DNA from: Pontiella sp.
GTDB taxonomy: Bacteria > Verrucomicrobiota > Kiritimatiellia > Kiritimatiellales > Pontiellaceae
Assembly (NCBI GenBank): GCA_050290185.1
Contig: JBNKHE010000001.1
Coordinates: 642,713 to 706,712 of the forward strand
DNA length: 64,000 nucleotides
Direction: 5' to 3'
Each line of letters starts with the position of its first letter. Positions within the stretch are counted from its first letter, which is position 1. Of this stretch, positions 63,015 through 64,000 are shown piece by piece. A program made the translations under genes and the position numbers. The notes beneath the pieces are model-generated. The model was not told where the DNA came from. It saw nothing but the letters and a program-made list of their open reading frames with translations, and searched no databases.

Positions 63015-63700
63015 TTCAATCCTCCAAAATCATAGCAAGGCATACTGCCCAGTGGTTTGTCCGTCACAACTGCGGCGGCATATTTTGATCCAGACTCAAG
63101 ATAATGATATATCCATCCATCCTTCTCGACGTTGTCTTCCAAAGGGACAGATACCCGCTTCAGCTCGGTAAACAATGTTGATCCGCAAGCCTTCACATAG
63201 GCCTCCTTGCGCGCCCACAGTTTAAAAAATACCGCGTGCGGGTCGTGGGACTTTTTAACCCATTCCACTTCCTGCGGTGAATAATAGCGTTCAGCGATTG
63301 CGGTCACATCCATTTCCCGCTTGATCTGTTCGATGTCGACGCCAATAGAGCGATCCCGTCCAAAAGCCAGGACCACCCATGCTCCGGAATGAGAGACATT
63401 GAAATCCACCTCCGAACCGGCTACGTGCGGTTTCCCGTTTTCGGAATAATCGAACTTGATTTCGGACGCGGCCATCCCGGCATAGCCGGCAAGCAGTACA
63501 CGCAGTGCTCCGCGGGCGACGATGGAGGATTGGCGGTCGGCGTCCCGCTGGAAACGATCGGCTTTTTCGCATTCACGGTCAGAAAGCAAGCCCTGAAGAG
63601 TCTCCATCTGACTCAGCATATCCGGCACATGCACGCCCCAGATATGAATGGAATCGGTAGCCAGCGGGAGCAAACTGTGAATGTTTTTTATGACTTCCAT
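63002..63700 (-). CDS. 4'-phosphopantetheinyl transferase (Sfp-type)
   Basis: NGKP, FNVSHS, IGVDIE, WARKEAYVKA; start uncertain (63700 or 63712). Confidence 0.9.
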   Translation of the reverse strand: MEVIKNIHSLLPLATDSIHIWGVHVPDMLSQMETLQGLLSDRECEKADRFQRDADRQSSIVARGALRVLLAGYAGMAASEIKFDYSENGKPHVAGSEVDFNVSHSGAWVVLAFGRDRSIGVDIEQIKREMDVTAIAERYYSPQEVEWVKKSHDPHAVFFKLWARKEAYVKACGSTLFTELKRVSVPLEDNVEKDGWIYHYLESGSKYAAAVVTDKPLGSMPCYDFGGLKWQS

Positions 63701-63819
63701 GAGTGCGTTCATTGTTAACGAGGCCCTGGGCGCATTCAACATTGCATTCGCCCTTTCTGCACATTGACGCATATAGACCCGTGCTGGTACTCTTTCGATA
63801 ATTAAATGGAGATTTCTAC

Positions 63820-64000
63820 ATGAGCCAGACGGAACGAAAAACCGCCGGTGTGCCGACCATTAAACGATTGCCGCTTTATCTCCGCCTGTTGCGAAAAATG
63901 AAGGCGGATGGAGAGGAATATGCATCGGGCACGGTAGTGGCGCGCGAACTGGGACTCGATCCGATTGTCGTACGGAAGGATTTAGCGATCACCGGGGCCG
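63820..64000 (+). CDS. rex: Redox-sensing repressor Rex, N-terminal part (truncated by the window edge)
   Basis: Manual translation PTIKRLPLYLRLL...ARELGLDPIVVRKDLAITG; GGAG SD. Confidence 0.85.
   Translation, partial: MSQTERKTAGVPTIKRLPLYLRLLRKMKADGEEYASGTVVARELGLDPIVVRKDLAITGA

Overview
Bacterial chromosomal window, most likely Kiritimatiellota (Pontiella-like, PVC superphylum). This assignment is inferred from the PEP-CTERM/LamG surface proteins, a TIGR02999-type ECF plus Ser/Thr kinase pair, and the dnaK-groES-groEL order. In order it contains: a secreted LamG/PEP-CTERM cluster divergent from an ECF sigma/kinase pair; thrS-infC (AUU start); three paralogous autotransporters around pyrG; smpB and rpoZ; a chaperone region (dnaK-groES-groEL, HPF-like gene, an orphan histidine kinase with a response-regulator remnant, three Hsp20s) with sigma54-like promoters; an unsaturated-uronate uptake and catabolism locus (IclR, DUF4861-like, kduI, kduD, BNR lipoprotein, TRAP); two exported thioredoxins divergent from a tandemly duplicated two-gene cassette of uncharacterised exported TPR-like proteins; and housekeeping genes (fbaA, ptsH, lplA, add, serC, pilD, aroE, leuA, PPTase, partial rex) with two tRNA-Arg genes. 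Features missing from the ORF track include a Leu-rich attenuator leader for leuA, a tRNA 5' remnant, and several families of intergenic palindromic and short-period repeats. No CRISPR array, integrase or transposase was seen. All family calls come from motif recognition by eye; no database searches were run.
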